Below are positions 1 through 8,408 of a stretch of 24,000 nt of DNA, piece after piece. How positions within the stretch are numbered: the stretch's first letter is position 1; every line of letters begins with the position of its first letter. The translations under genes and the position numbers were made by a program. The stretch lies in assembly GCA_002337085.1 (NCBI GenBank), contig DDFH01000002.1, forward strand, positions 1-24,000, in the 5' to 3' direction. The DNA comes from Hyphomonadaceae bacterium UBA1933. GTDB lineage: Bacteria; Pseudomonadota; Alphaproteobacteria; Caulobacterales; Aquidulcibacteraceae. Below the pieces are notes generated by a model, which saw only the letters and a program-made list of their open reading frames with translations, searched no databases and was not told the DNA's origin.

Positions 1-20
1 ATTTTCTTCGAAACTTTCAT
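1..20 (-). CDS. 5' end of an unidentified gene running off the left edge (only MKVSKK... visible)
   Basis: ATG at 20-18 on the minus strand, with a GAGGAGG Shine-Dalgarno (rc of 27-33) 6 nt upstream. It lies 31 nt downstream of the dmpG stop on the same strand. The product cannot be called. Confidence 0.35.
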
Positions 21-51
21 TCTTTTCCTCCTCTTGTTTTTAATTTGCCTT

Positions 52-1089
52 TTAGGCAGGTAACAAACCTCTTTCTTTAGCTATTGTAAGGGTTGTGTCG
101 TAAATCATGTCTTCTTGGCCGCCAATCATTTTTTTGCGTCCAAGCTCAACCAAAATATCACGTGCTGGAATGCCATATTTTTCACCCGCACGTTTGGCAT
201 GAAGTAGGAATGTTGAATAAACACCTGCAAAGCCAAGGGTTAAGGACGCACGGTCAACGCGCACCATATGATCCATGAATGGCAAAATTACATCTTCGGC
301 AATGTCCATAAGTTTGAATAGGTCGCATCCAGTTTCAATCCCCATGCGATCGCAAACAGCAACAAAAACCTCGGTCGGTGTATTGCCCGCACCTGCACCA
401 AGGCCAGCAACAGAGGCATCAATACGGCTTGCACCGGCTTCAATTGCGGCAATAGAATTGGCAATGCCCATACCCATATTATGGTGCCCATGGAAGCCAA
501 TTTCAGTTTCAGGGTTTAGGGTATCTCGCAATGCGCCAACACGTGCCTTCACATCATCAGGAAGCATATAGCCCGCAGAATCGGTGACATAAACCGTTTG
601 TGCACCATAATCTTCCATTAATTTACCCTGTTTGGCGATGCCTTCAGGTGTGTTAAGATGTGCCATCATCAAAAAACCTGATGCATCCATCCCAAGTTTA
701 CGGGCATATGCAATATGCTGTTGAGCGGTATCCGCTTCGGTGCAATGGGTTGCAGCGTGAACGGAGCGTGCGCCGCAATCATATGCCGATTTTAATTCGG
801 GCATAGTCCCAAGCCCAGGAATAAGCAAAACTGAAACTTTAGCTTGTTTCATTTTTGAAGAAACAGCGGAAATATATTCTTCGTTTTTGTGGGGTGCAAA
901 GCCATGTTGAATTGAATTACCACCAACGCCTGCACCATGTGTAACCTGTATCATTGGCACACCTGCATCATCAAGCAAGCACGCAATTTCAACCATTTTA
1001 TCAACAGAAATTTGTTCTCGTTTAGCATGCATACCATCACGCAATGACATGTCGTGTATGATGATTTTACGACCTTTTAGGTTTGACAT
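52..1089 (-). CDS. dmpG: 4-hydroxy-2-oxovalerate aldolase
   Basis: 345 aa. DmpG/HMGL-like motifs: N-terminal [10 protein letters not shown] and metal-ligand [15 protein letters not shown]. The start shares 1 nt with the dmpF stop (TAATG), the usual dmpFG coupling. Confidence 0.93.
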   Translation of the reverse strand: MSNLKGRKIIIHDMSLRDGMHAKREQISVDKMVEIACLLDDAGVPMIQVTHGAGVGGNSIQHGFAPHKNEEYISAVSSKMKQAKVSVLLIPGLGTMPELKSAYDCGARSVHAATHCTEADTAQQHIAYARKLGMDASGFLMMAHLNTPEGIAKQGKLMEDYGAQTVYVTDSAGYMLPDDVKARVGALRDTLNPETEIGFHGHHNMGMGIANSIAAIEAGASRIDASVAGLGAGAGNTPTEVFVAVCDRMGIETGCDLFKLMDIAEDVILPFMDHMVRVDRASLTLGFAGVYSTFLLHAKRAGEKYGIPARDILVELGRKKMIGGQEDMIYDTTLTIAKERGLLPA

Positions 1090-2024
1090 TATGCATTCTC
1101 CTCAAGTGCTTTGGGCGCCAAAGTTGGTTTAAGGGTTATCTTTCCGTTTAAAATTTCTTCGGCAAACATTTCTGCGGTGCGCGCTGCTGCTGCTGTCATA
1201 ATATCAAGATTACCGGCATATTTTGGCAAATAATCACCAAGACCTGCTACCTCAAGGAAAACTGCAACGCGGTTATCTTCAAAAATTGGGCCATTTACCA
1301 ATTTATATCCAGGAACATATTTTTGAACTTCTGCAATCATTTCATGAATTGATTTTGTGATTGCTGCTTCATCTGGCTTATCTTCAGTGATGCAATATAC
1401 AGTATTGCGCATAATCATTGGTGGGTCAGCAGGGTTAATAATCGCAAGTGCTTTGCCACGTTTTGCCCCACCAACTTTTACAAGTGCGGATGAAGTTGTG
1501 AATGTGAATTCATCCAAATTTGCACGTGTGCCTGGGCCAATTGATTTTGAACTTAATGAAGCAATAATTTCTGCATATTCAACATCTTGAATGCGTGACA
1601 CAGCATAAACCATCGGAATGGTTGCCTGTCCTGCGCATGAAATCATGTTGACGTTCATCTCAAGTTTATCGGCATGTTCACGCAAATTAACTGGTGGAAC
1701 GCATAATGGACCAATTGCAGCAGGCGTTAAATCAACCATCAAAACGCCAAGCTCATTAAGCTTGCGGCTGTTTTCAGCATGAACATATGCAGATGTTGCA
1801 TCAAATGCGATTTGGATATTATCTTCTTTTACATAAGGTAAAAGTCCATCAACACCTTCATGCGTGGTTTTAAGACCCATTGCTGCTGCACGCTTTAAAC
1901 CATCCGATTCAGGGTCAATCCCGACCATCCATACCGGTTCAAGATATTCAGAGCGTTGTAATTTGTAAATTAAATCAGTGCCAATATTGCCCGACCCGAT
2001 AAGGGCGCATTTTATCTTTGCCAT
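1089..2024 (-). CDS. dmpF: acetaldehyde dehydrogenase (acylating)
   Basis: 311 aa. N-terminal Rossmann motif [10 protein letters not shown] and catalytic-Cys motif [11 protein letters not shown] typical of DmpF/MhpF. Directly precedes dmpG. Confidence 0.93.
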   Translation of the reverse strand: MAKIKCALIGSGNIGTDLIYKLQRSEYLEPVWMVGIDPESDGLKRAAAMGLKTTHEGVDGLLPYVKEDNIQIAFDATSAYVHAENSRKLNELGVLMVDLTPAAIGPLCVPPVNLREHADKLEMNVNMISCAGQATIPMVYAVSRIQDVEYAEIIASLSSKSIGPGTRANLDEFTFTTSSALVKVGGAKRGKALAIINPADPPMIMRNTVYCITEDKPDEAAITKSIHEMIAEVQKYVPGYKLVNGPIFEDNRVAVFLEVAGLGDYLPKYAGNLDIMTAAAARTAEMFAEEILNGKITLKPTLAPKALEENA

Positions 2025-2094
2025 GTTACAAGGTTTCCCCGCTTTTATTAAATTACTTGCGAGAGAAGATATTAAGCAAAAATCAAACCGTCCA

Positions 2095-2133
2095 ATACCG
2101 TTTTTTAAGGCTTACTATACCTTTTAGGTATCA
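2095..2133 (-). promoter_or_regulatory. LysR-type operator upstream of dmpFG (ATAC-N7-GTAT dyad plus GTATT half-site 18 nt further)
   Basis: The minus strand reads TGATACCTAAAAGGTAT-N18-GTATT. The dyad is at 2117-2131 and straddles the LysR stop codon (2124-2126). The half-site is at 2095-2098, 70 nt upstream of the dmpF ATG. Same architecture as 3111-3150 and 8852-8891. Confidence 0.7.
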
Positions 2134-3029
2134 TTAAGACTGCTATTAATACGAAAGTCGTTAATAGTTTTGAGAAATGCTTCAAGAATTGGTGATTTAT
2201 CATCCTTCATATACATACATGAAATATCGACTTTTACGTCTGCGGACTCTTTTAACGGTATGTATTTTACGCCTGTGGCACCGAAAGACATTGCTGATTC
2301 TGGTACAAAGCATACCCCAAAACCCGATGCAACAAGGGCAATCCCTGTTGCTGCATCACCAACAACTTGTGCAACATTTGGCGTAATGTCGAATTTATAA
2401 AACTGGCTAAGGATGAAGTCTGCAAAATTTGGACGTCCAATGTTTGGAAATAAAACAATCGGCTCACTTGCAAGTTCGGCAAAGGAAACGACTTCCTTTT
2501 CGCTTAGCGGATTGGATTTATGTACACCCACAACAATGGTTTCAACCGCAATGGTTTTAACCCCAATATCCGGCAATTCGGGTATAAGACGGTTAAAACC
2601 AATTTTTATGCGCCTTTGGCGTAATGCTTCAATTTGTTCGGTTTTATTCATTGTGTGCAAAACAATTTGCACGTCGGGAAAAGACTCGCGGAATCGCAAT
2701 AAAAGGCGTGGAGCAATTTCAAAAACACCAGAGCCAAAAATTGCAACATCAAGCCGTCCAATGATTCCTTCTGCGGCCCGTTTAGTTCGCGAAATTGCAA
2801 CATCGACTAAAGATAATATATTGATTGCTTCATCATAAAGTGTCTTTCCTGCATCCGTTAACTCAACCCCTTTTACAGAGCGTTTAAAAAGCTGGACACC
2901 TAATTGATCTTCAAGCTGCTTTATTTGCCGTGTCAATGGTGGTTGTGAAATATGCAAAATGCTTGATGCACGGCCAATATTACCTTCTTTGGCAACGGCA
3001 ACAAAATATTTCAAATGGCGTAATTCCAT
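2124..3029 (-). CDS. LysR-family transcriptional regulator (CatR/BenM/ClcR-like subfamily)
   Basis: 301 aa. N-terminal wHTH MELRHLKYFVAVAKEGNIGRASSILHISQPPLTRQIKQLEDQLGVQLF, followed by a LysR substrate-binding domain. Divergent from the meta-pathway operon. Confidence 0.9.
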   Translation of the reverse strand: MELRHLKYFVAVAKEGNIGRASSILHISQPPLTRQIKQLEDQLGVQLFKRSVKGVELTDAGKTLYDEAINILSLVDVAISRTKRAAEGIIGRLDVAIFGSGVFEIAPRLLLRFRESFPDVQIVLHTMNKTEQIEALRQRRIKIGFNRLIPELPDIGVKTIAVETIVVGVHKSNPLSEKEVVSFAELASEPIVLFPNIGRPNFADFILSQFYKFDITPNVAQVVGDAATGIALVASGFGVCFVPESAMSFGATGVKYIPLKESADVKVDISCMYMKDDKSPILEAFLKTINDFRINSSLNDT

Positions 3030-3110
3030 TCTTCCCCCTCCAGAAATTATTAATGGTAATATTAGTTTTGTTAAGGTTACTAAAGAAAATTATATAGTAA
3101 ACCATAATAA

Positions 3111-3150
3111 TGATACTTTTTAGGTATGACTACGGCTCGAAAAAAGTATT
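3111..3150 (+). promoter_or_regulatory. LysR-type operator in the lysR/dmpQ divergent region
   Basis: TGATACTTTTTAGGTAT (dyad ATAC-N7-GTAT at 3113-3127), then exactly 18 nt ending in A6, then GTATT (3146-3150). A further 22 nt leads to TCATAAA (3172-3178, candidate -10). The dmpQ ATG is at 3217. Confidence 0.7.
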
Positions 3151-3216
3151 TCCCCAGTGCAAAATTTTATTTCATAAATATGAAAATACAAAAGGCCAAA
3201 AAAATAAGGGCTAAAG

Positions 3217-3576
3217 ATGGAAACGCTAAAAGGGAATATAACTTCGGTTATGACTGAAGAAGCATATGAATATGTAAAAATCACCATCGCTGAAACTGGG
3301 GAATCTTTTGATTGTTCTACCAATGAAAGCGTTCTTGAAGGAATGCGCAGGCTTGGCAAGCGTGGTATTCCCGTCGGGTGTCGTTCAGGAGGATGTTCAG
3401 TTTGCAAGTGTCAGGTTGTTAAAGGTGAATATCACCAGCACCGACCAATGAGCACTGAATATATCAGTAAACAAGAATTGGAAGAAAACTGTGTTTTGAC
3501 CTGCTGCATAAAACCGAAAGATAATCTTGAGGTAAAAGTTATCGGGAAAATGCACAAGAATATATGTGAAAAATAA
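3217..3576 (+). CDS. dmpQ: plant-type [2Fe-2S] ferredoxin, XylT/DmpQ-like (catechol 2,3-dioxygenase reactivation)
   Basis: 119 aa. Cys pattern GCRSGGCSVCKC...LTCC (C-x4-C-x2-C...C). Lies immediately upstream of the C23O gene, as in the xyl/dmp operons. An alternative start at M12 (3250) is possible. Confidence 0.85.
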   Translation: METLKGNITSVMTEEAYEYVKITIAETGESFDCSTNESVLEGMRRLGKRGIPVGCRSGGCSVCKCQVVKGEYHQHRPMSTEYISKQELEENCVLTCCIKPKDNLEVKVIGKMHKNICEK

Positions 3577-3600
3577 ACTTATTTCTGGAGGAAAGTTACA

Positions 3601-4527
3601 ATGGCAATTACAGGTGTTTTAAGACCGGGGCATGCACAAATTCGCGTTCTTGATCTCGAAGAAGGTGTGAAGTTTTATCGTGACGTTTTAGGTCTTGTTG
3701 ATATGGGCCGCGATTCACAAGGACGTCATTATTTCAAAGCATGGGATGAGCGCGATCACCACAGCGTTCTAATTCGTCAAGCGGACAAAGCCGGTATTGA
3801 CCTCTTTGGCTTCAAAGTTGACAGTGAAGAAACTTTAAACAAATTTGAAAAAGATCTTCAGGCTTATGGCGTTACAACAAAACGCATTCCTGCGGGCGAA
3901 ATGATTAATACGGGAGAGCGTGTCCAATTTACCTTGAATAATGGTCACACTATCGAGCTTTATGCAGATAAAAAGGATGTAGGAAATTGTCAGGGATATA
4001 GCCATCCAAAGCCTTGGACTCCGGAAGCCGAGCATGGGATTGCACCTGTGCGGATGGATCATGCATTATTGGCGGGCGGCGATTTGGATCAAGCATTAGA
4101 TATCTTTGTTAATGTTCTTGGCTTTTATTTAGTTGAAGAAGTTGTGGCACCAGACGGTATGAAGGTTGGTATTTGGCTGTCATGTTCGAACAAAGTTCAC
4201 GATATTGCATTCCTGCGCCATACCGAAGATGCAAAACTTCACCATGTCTCATTCTATCTAGATACTTGGGAGAAAGTTCTTCGTGCCGCCGATATTATGT
4301 CGATGAATGAAGTGCCCGTTGATATAGGGCCGACCCGACATGGTATTACACGTGGTGCAACTATTTATGCGTGGGATAGATCTGGCAATCGCTTTGAAAC
4401 TTTTGCAGGTGGCTATATTTCATACCCAGACCATAAGACTTTAACTTGGCCGCTTGAGCATCTTCCTGAAGGCCTCGATTATGCCCAGCGAAAACTTCAC
4501 GAAACTTTCTTGACCGTATTCTCATAA
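3601..4527 (+). CDS. dmpB: catechol 2,3-dioxygenase (extradiol, type I)
   Basis: 308 aa, the same size class as XylE/DmpB. Two-module vicinal-oxygen-chelate fold sequence (HAQIRVLDLE..., HDIAFL..., HHVSF...). GGAGG RBS about 8 nt upstream. Confidence 0.93.
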   Translation: MAITGVLRPGHAQIRVLDLEEGVKFYRDVLGLVDMGRDSQGRHYFKAWDERDHHSVLIRQADKAGIDLFGFKVDSEETLNKFEKDLQAYGVTTKRIPAGEMINTGERVQFTLNNGHTIELYADKKDVGNCQGYSHPKPWTPEAEHGIAPVRMDHALLAGGDLDQALDIFVNVLGFYLVEEVVAPDGMKVGIWLSCSNKVHDIAFLRHTEDAKLHHVSFYLDTWEKVLRAADIMSMNEVPVDIGPTRHGITRGATIYAWDRSGNRFETFAGGYISYPDHKTLTWPLEHLPEGLDYAQRKLHETFLTVFS

Positions 4528-4553
4528 ACTACGTGCAAGAGTTTCATCCTATC

Positions 4554-4578
4554 GATGCAGGCATATCATGCCTGCATC
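4554..4578 (+). other. perfect 11-bp stem / 3-nt loop hairpin between dmpB and dmpC
   Basis: GATGCAGGCAT-ATC-ATGCCTGCATC. There is no downstream T-tract (ACCCCTCCC follows), so it is not a canonical intrinsic terminator. Confidence 0.6.
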
Positions 4579-4601
4579 ACCCCTCCCTAATTGTGTGAGA
4601 A

Positions 4602-6065
4602 ATGACAATGAAAAAAGTCCAAAATTTTATAAATAACGAATTCTACGACGGCTCTGAAGCCAAAACTTTCCCAAAATTATCACCCCTTAACAATGCACAA
4701 ATAGCCGAGGTTTGTGAGGCATCAAAATCAGATGTGGATGCTGCGGTTATGTCTGCAAAAAAGGCATTAAAAGGCCCGTGGGGGAAGATGACAACGGATG
4801 AACGCGTGGCAATTCTTTATAAAGTTGCGGATGAAATTACGCGCCGCTTTGAAGATTTTGTTGCCGCCGAAGTTGCCGATACCGGCATGCCGCAACATAC
4901 ATCACAATTTATGTGCGTTCGCGGTGCGCAAAATTTTAAAGTCTTTGCCGACGTAATTAAAAATGTGCCGACCGAATTTTTCGAAATGGCAACCCCAGAC
5001 GGTAAAGGGGCAATGAATTACGCAATCCGCCGCCCTGTTGGTGTTGTTGGCGTGGTTTGCCCTTGGAATGCGCCATTATTGCTTATGACATGGAAAGTTG
5101 GTCCGGCACTTGCCTGCGGTAATACGGTTGTGGTGAAGCCATCTGAAGAAACCCCGCAAACCGCTGCATTATTGGGTGAAGTAATGCGCGATGTTGGGGT
5201 TCCTGAAGGTGTTTATAACGTTGTTCATGGCTTCGGCCCAAATTCAACTGGTGAATTTTTGACAACGCATCAAGATGTTGACGCAATCACCTTTACCGGT
5301 GAAACCCGCACAGGGGCAGCAATTATGAAAGCTGCTGCGGATGGTGCGCGCCCTGTTTCACTCGAAATGGGCGGCAAAAATGCGGCAATTGTTTTTGCCG
5401 ATGCTGATTTAAATGTCGCGACAGAGGCATTGATGCGCTCTTGCTTTATGAATACCGGGCAAGTTTGTTTGGGGACAGAGCGTGTGTTTGTTGAGCGCCC
5501 ATTATTTGACACTTTGGTAAGTGCTTTGAAGGAAAAGGTAGCGGCATTAAAAATTGGTATCCCATCTGATCATGCATCAAATATGGGGCCACTTATTTCC
5601 AAAGAACATCAGGCAAAAGTGCTATCTTATTATAAAAAGGCGGTTGAAGAAGGTGCAAATGTCGTTATTGGCGGCGGCGTTCCAAAAATGGAGGGCGACC
5701 TTGCCAATGGTTCATGGGTTGAGCCAACAATTTGGACTGGCCTTAATGATGATGCCACAATCGCGGTTGATGAAATTTTTGGGCCATGTACCCACATCTT
5801 CCCATTCGATACCGAAGATGAGGTTATCGAACGCGCTAATAATACAAAATATGGCCTTTCAAGTGCAATTTTTACTAGCAATTTACAGCGTGCCCACCGC
5901 GTTGCGGCGCAAATTGAGGCAGGTGTTGTTTGGGTTAACTCATGGTTCTTGCGGGATTTGCGTACTGCCTTTGGTGGCGCGAAAAATTCTGGCATCGGGC
6001 GCGAAGGCGGCGTGCATTCATTGGAATTCTATACGGAGCTTAAAAATGTCTGCATCAAACTCTAA
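4602..6065 (+). CDS. dmpC: 2-hydroxymuconic semialdehyde dehydrogenase (NAD+)
   Basis: 487 aa ALDH. Catalytic Glu motif LEMGGKNA and catalytic Cys motif NTGQVCLGTER. Position matches xylG/dmpC. The start could also be the ATG at 4608. Confidence 0.9.
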   Translation: MTMKKVQNFINNEFYDGSEAKTFPKLSPLNNAQIAEVCEASKSDVDAAVMSAKKALKGPWGKMTTDERVAILYKVADEITRRFEDFVAAEVADTGMPQHTSQFMCVRGAQNFKVFADVIKNVPTEFFEMATPDGKGAMNYAIRRPVGVVGVVCPWNAPLLLMTWKVGPALACGNTVVVKPSEETPQTAALLGEVMRDVGVPEGVYNVVHGFGPNSTGEFLTTHQDVDAITFTGETRTGAAIMKAAADGARPVSLEMGGKNAAIVFADADLNVATEALMRSCFMNTGQVCLGTERVFVERPLFDTLVSALKEKVAALKIGIPSDHASNMGPLISKEHQAKVLSYYKKAVEEGANVVIGGGVPKMEGDLANGSWVEPTIWTGLNDDATIAVDEIFGPCTHIFPFDTEDEVIERANNTKYGLSSAIFTSNLQRAHRVAAQIEAGVVWVNSWFLRDLRTAFGGAKNSGIGREGGVHSLEFYTELKNVCIKL

Positions 6066-6837
6066 TATTATAGACGCCTTGGGCGATGAGTTACACGCGG
6101 CATTAATGGCGTGTAAGCCTATTGCACCTTTAACTTCGCGTGGCCATGATTTAACCATCGAAGATGCATATAAAATTCAAGAACGTATGTTAAGCCATCG
6201 ATTTAATGATGGGGCGCGCCTTGTTGGCAAAAAAGTTGGTGCGACATCGGCCGCTGTTCAAAACTTGTTAAAGGTAAGTCAGCCTGATTTCGGCATGCTT
6301 TTATCTGACATGATTTATAATGAGGGTGAAGAAATTCCAATATCGCGCCTAATCCAACCGCGGGCAGAGGGCGAAATTGCATTCATTCTTAAGCGCGACC
6401 TCATGGGGCCAGGTCTTACTATTGCCGAGGTTTTGTCGGCAACCGAATGCGTCATGCCATGTTTTGAAATCGTTGATAGTCGTATCGAGAATTGGCAAAT
6501 TAAAATCCAAGACACTGTTGCCGATAATGCTTCTTGCGGCGTGTTTGTATTGGGTGGTGCTGCTAAAGCACCAAAAGATGTCGATTTGGAGCTATGCGGT
6601 ATGTATCTTGAGAAAAATGGTACATTGCAGGTTACAGGTTCTGGTTCTGCTGCACTCGGTCATCCTGCAAATGCTATTGCTTGGCTTGGAAATACTTTGG
6701 GTCGTCTTGGTATTGGTTTAAAGGCAGGTGAAATAATTCTTTCAGGTGCTTTGGCGGGGCTTGTGCCAATTGCCAAAGGTGATGCTTTAACAATGACTAT
6801 TGGCGGATTGGGTTCTGCTTCTGTAAAATTCGGGTAG
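6046..6837 (+). CDS. dmpE: 2-oxopent-4-enoate (2-hydroxypentadienoate) hydratase
   Basis: Taken from ORF 5554-6837, starting at the ATG at 6046 (MSASNSNIIDALGDELHAAL...). This aligns from residue 1 with the XylJ/DmpE N-terminus. It overlaps the dmpC 3' end by 20 nt. 263 aa. Confidence 0.88.
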   Translation: MSASNSNIIDALGDELHAALMACKPIAPLTSRGHDLTIEDAYKIQERMLSHRFNDGARLVGKKVGATSAAVQNLLKVSQPDFGMLLSDMIYNEGEEIPISRLIQPRAEGEIAFILKRDLMGPGLTIAEVLSATECVMPCFEIVDSRIENWQIKIQDTVADNASCGVFVLGGAAKAPKDVDLELCGMYLEKNGTLQVTGSGSAALGHPANAIAWLGNTLGRLGIGLKAGEIILSGALAGLVPIAKGDALTMTIGGLGSASVKFG

Positions 6838-6843
6838 GGCAAA

Positions 6844-7632
6844 ATGGCACTTTCAAAACAAATTCTCGAAGAGCTGGCAACAATTGTCGAAAATGCCGAA
6901 CTAGAGGCAAAAGCAATCGCACAACTCTCTATTAAATATCCTGAAATTGATGAGCAGGATGGTTATGATATTCAACATATTGTTCGTGATAGAAAAATTT
7001 CCCGTGGGCATAAAATTGTTGGTATTAAAGCAGGTCTAACTTCACGTGCAAAAATGATTCAGGTTGGTGTCGATAAGCCATCATATGGTTATTTGGCAGA
7101 CTATTTTGCGGTTGGTGATGGTGAAACCATTGATATTAAAAAACTTATCCATCCGCGTGTTGAACCTGAGATTGCCTTTGTCCTTAATAAGGATCTTGAG
7201 GGTGCGGGATGCCATGTAGGTGCGGTTTTGGCGGCAACCGATTTTATCATGCCGGCATTAGAAGTTATCGACAGCCGCTATGAAAATTTCAAATTCGATT
7301 TACCGAGTGTGGTTGCAGACAATTCATCTTCAAGCCGCTTTGTTCTTGGCGGTCGCGCACGTGCGGCATCGGATTTGGATTTGAAATCTTTAGGGATTGT
7401 AATGACGCATAATGGCAAGCCATTTTCATTTGGTGCTGGTGCTGCGGTGCTTGGGCATCCTGCAATGGCGGTGGCAATGGTTGTTAATCTTCTAGCGCGT
7501 CGTGGCGAAGGTATAAAAGCGGGTTCAGTTATTTTAACTGGAGGTATAACCGAAGCAGTAGCAGTAAAAGCTGGCGATAACGTGCAATTACGTGCACAGG
7601 GGCTTGGCTCTGTGAATGTAAACTTTGCCTAG
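6844..7632 (+). CDS. dmpH: 4-oxalocrotonate decarboxylase
   Basis: 262 aa paralogue of the preceding hydratase. XylI/DmpH-like stretch KIVGIKAGLTSRAKMIQVGVDKPSYGYLADYF. Confidence 0.88.
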   Translation: MALSKQILEELATIVENAELEAKAIAQLSIKYPEIDEQDGYDIQHIVRDRKISRGHKIVGIKAGLTSRAKMIQVGVDKPSYGYLADYFAVGDGETIDIKKLIHPRVEPEIAFVLNKDLEGAGCHVGAVLAATDFIMPALEVIDSRYENFKFDLPSVVADNSSSSRFVLGGRARAASDLDLKSLGIVMTHNGKPFSFGAGAAVLGHPAMAVAMVVNLLARRGEGIKAGSVILTGGITEAVAVKAGDNVQLRAQGLGSVNVNFA

Positions 7633-7649
7633 AAGCGAAAGAGGGGCGG

Positions 7650-8396
7650 ATGGATAAACTAGCAGTTATTGCGGGGGCAAGTGGTGAATTTGGTCGTGTA
7701 ATCACTAAAAAACTTGTTGGTTGCGGTCTAAAGGTTGTTGCTGTTGGGCGCAACCTTGAAGAATTGCAAAAACTTGCTGCCGAAATTGGCAATATAATTC
7801 CTTGCAAGGCTGATTTATCAAAAGATAGTGCGATTGAAATTATCAAATCTGCATGTAATGCACCCGTGAGAATGATTGTTAATTCAGCGGGGGTTCCAGT
7901 TGCAGGTGGCGTAATGGATGCCGAAATTGCCGCCATGAGCGAAGCCGTGAATATTAAAGTTGGCGGTTTTTTGCGTATGGTGCGGGCGGTTGATAGTCGC
8001 CTTGAGAAGCACTCACGCCTCGTGGCAATTGGTGGTCATTATGGTCTTGAACCAACAGCATATGCAGCAACAGCAGGGATTGGTAATGCCGCATTAATTA
8101 ACGTCTCGCGTCAGCTATCACTTGCTTATGGTGCACGTGGAATCACAAGCCATGTTATTGCACCTGGCCCGGCCGACACACCACGCCTTAGAAATGTTGC
8201 CAAAGCGCGTGCAGAACGTGACGGAAAAACATTAGAAGAAGTTTTACAAATTATGGCGTCTGAATCATCGCTTGGTGCATTTACAACGCCTTCACAAGTT
8301 GCATGGGCGGTTTCGTTATTACTTGATGAAGAAGCCGACGCCATGACAGGTTCAACCATAATGCTTGATAGCGGTCGCCGCAAAGGCTTACCGTAA
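7650..8396 (+). CDS. short-chain dehydrogenase/reductase-fold protein, atypical (no YxxxK)
   Basis: 248 aa. Has the Rossmann motif AGASGEFG, plus NSAG and PG motifs (VNSAG, APGPADTP). None of its three Tyr residues has Lys at +4. GAGGGG RBS upstream. Sits within the operon between dmpH and the tautomerase. Confidence 0.75.
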   Translation: MDKLAVIAGASGEFGRVITKKLVGCGLKVVAVGRNLEELQKLAAEIGNIIPCKADLSKDSAIEIIKSACNAPVRMIVNSAGVPVAGGVMDAEIAAMSEAVNIKVGGFLRMVRAVDSRLEKHSRLVAIGGHYGLEPTAYAATAGIGNAALINVSRQLSLAYGARGITSHVIAPGPADTPRLRNVAKARAERDGKTLEEVLQIMASESSLGAFTTPSQVAWAVSLLLDEEADAMTGSTIMLDSGRRKGLP

Positions 8397-8408
8397 TAGG
8401 AGATTGCA

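Noticed and set aside
5554-6045. Long N-terminal extension of the dmpE ORF (the ORF track gives 427 aa from 5554).
   Set aside because: The extension lies entirely inside dmpC in another frame and has no recognisable protein character. The XylJ/DmpE-like sequence begins exactly at the ATG at 6046.
6046-7632. Tandem similar genes (dmpE/dmpH) considered as a possible recent duplication or repeat.
   Set aside because: This is the well-known paralogous hydratase/decarboxylase pair of meta-cleavage operons, not a repeat element.
7529-7936. Antisense or alternate-frame ORFs of 60-141 aa throughout the window (for example 7529-7936, 5630-5995, 8126-8482, 2413-2838, 18679-19044, 22602-22931).
   Set aside because: All are embedded in well-supported genes, have low-complexity or biased composition, and lack RBSs. 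They are treated as shadow ORFs.
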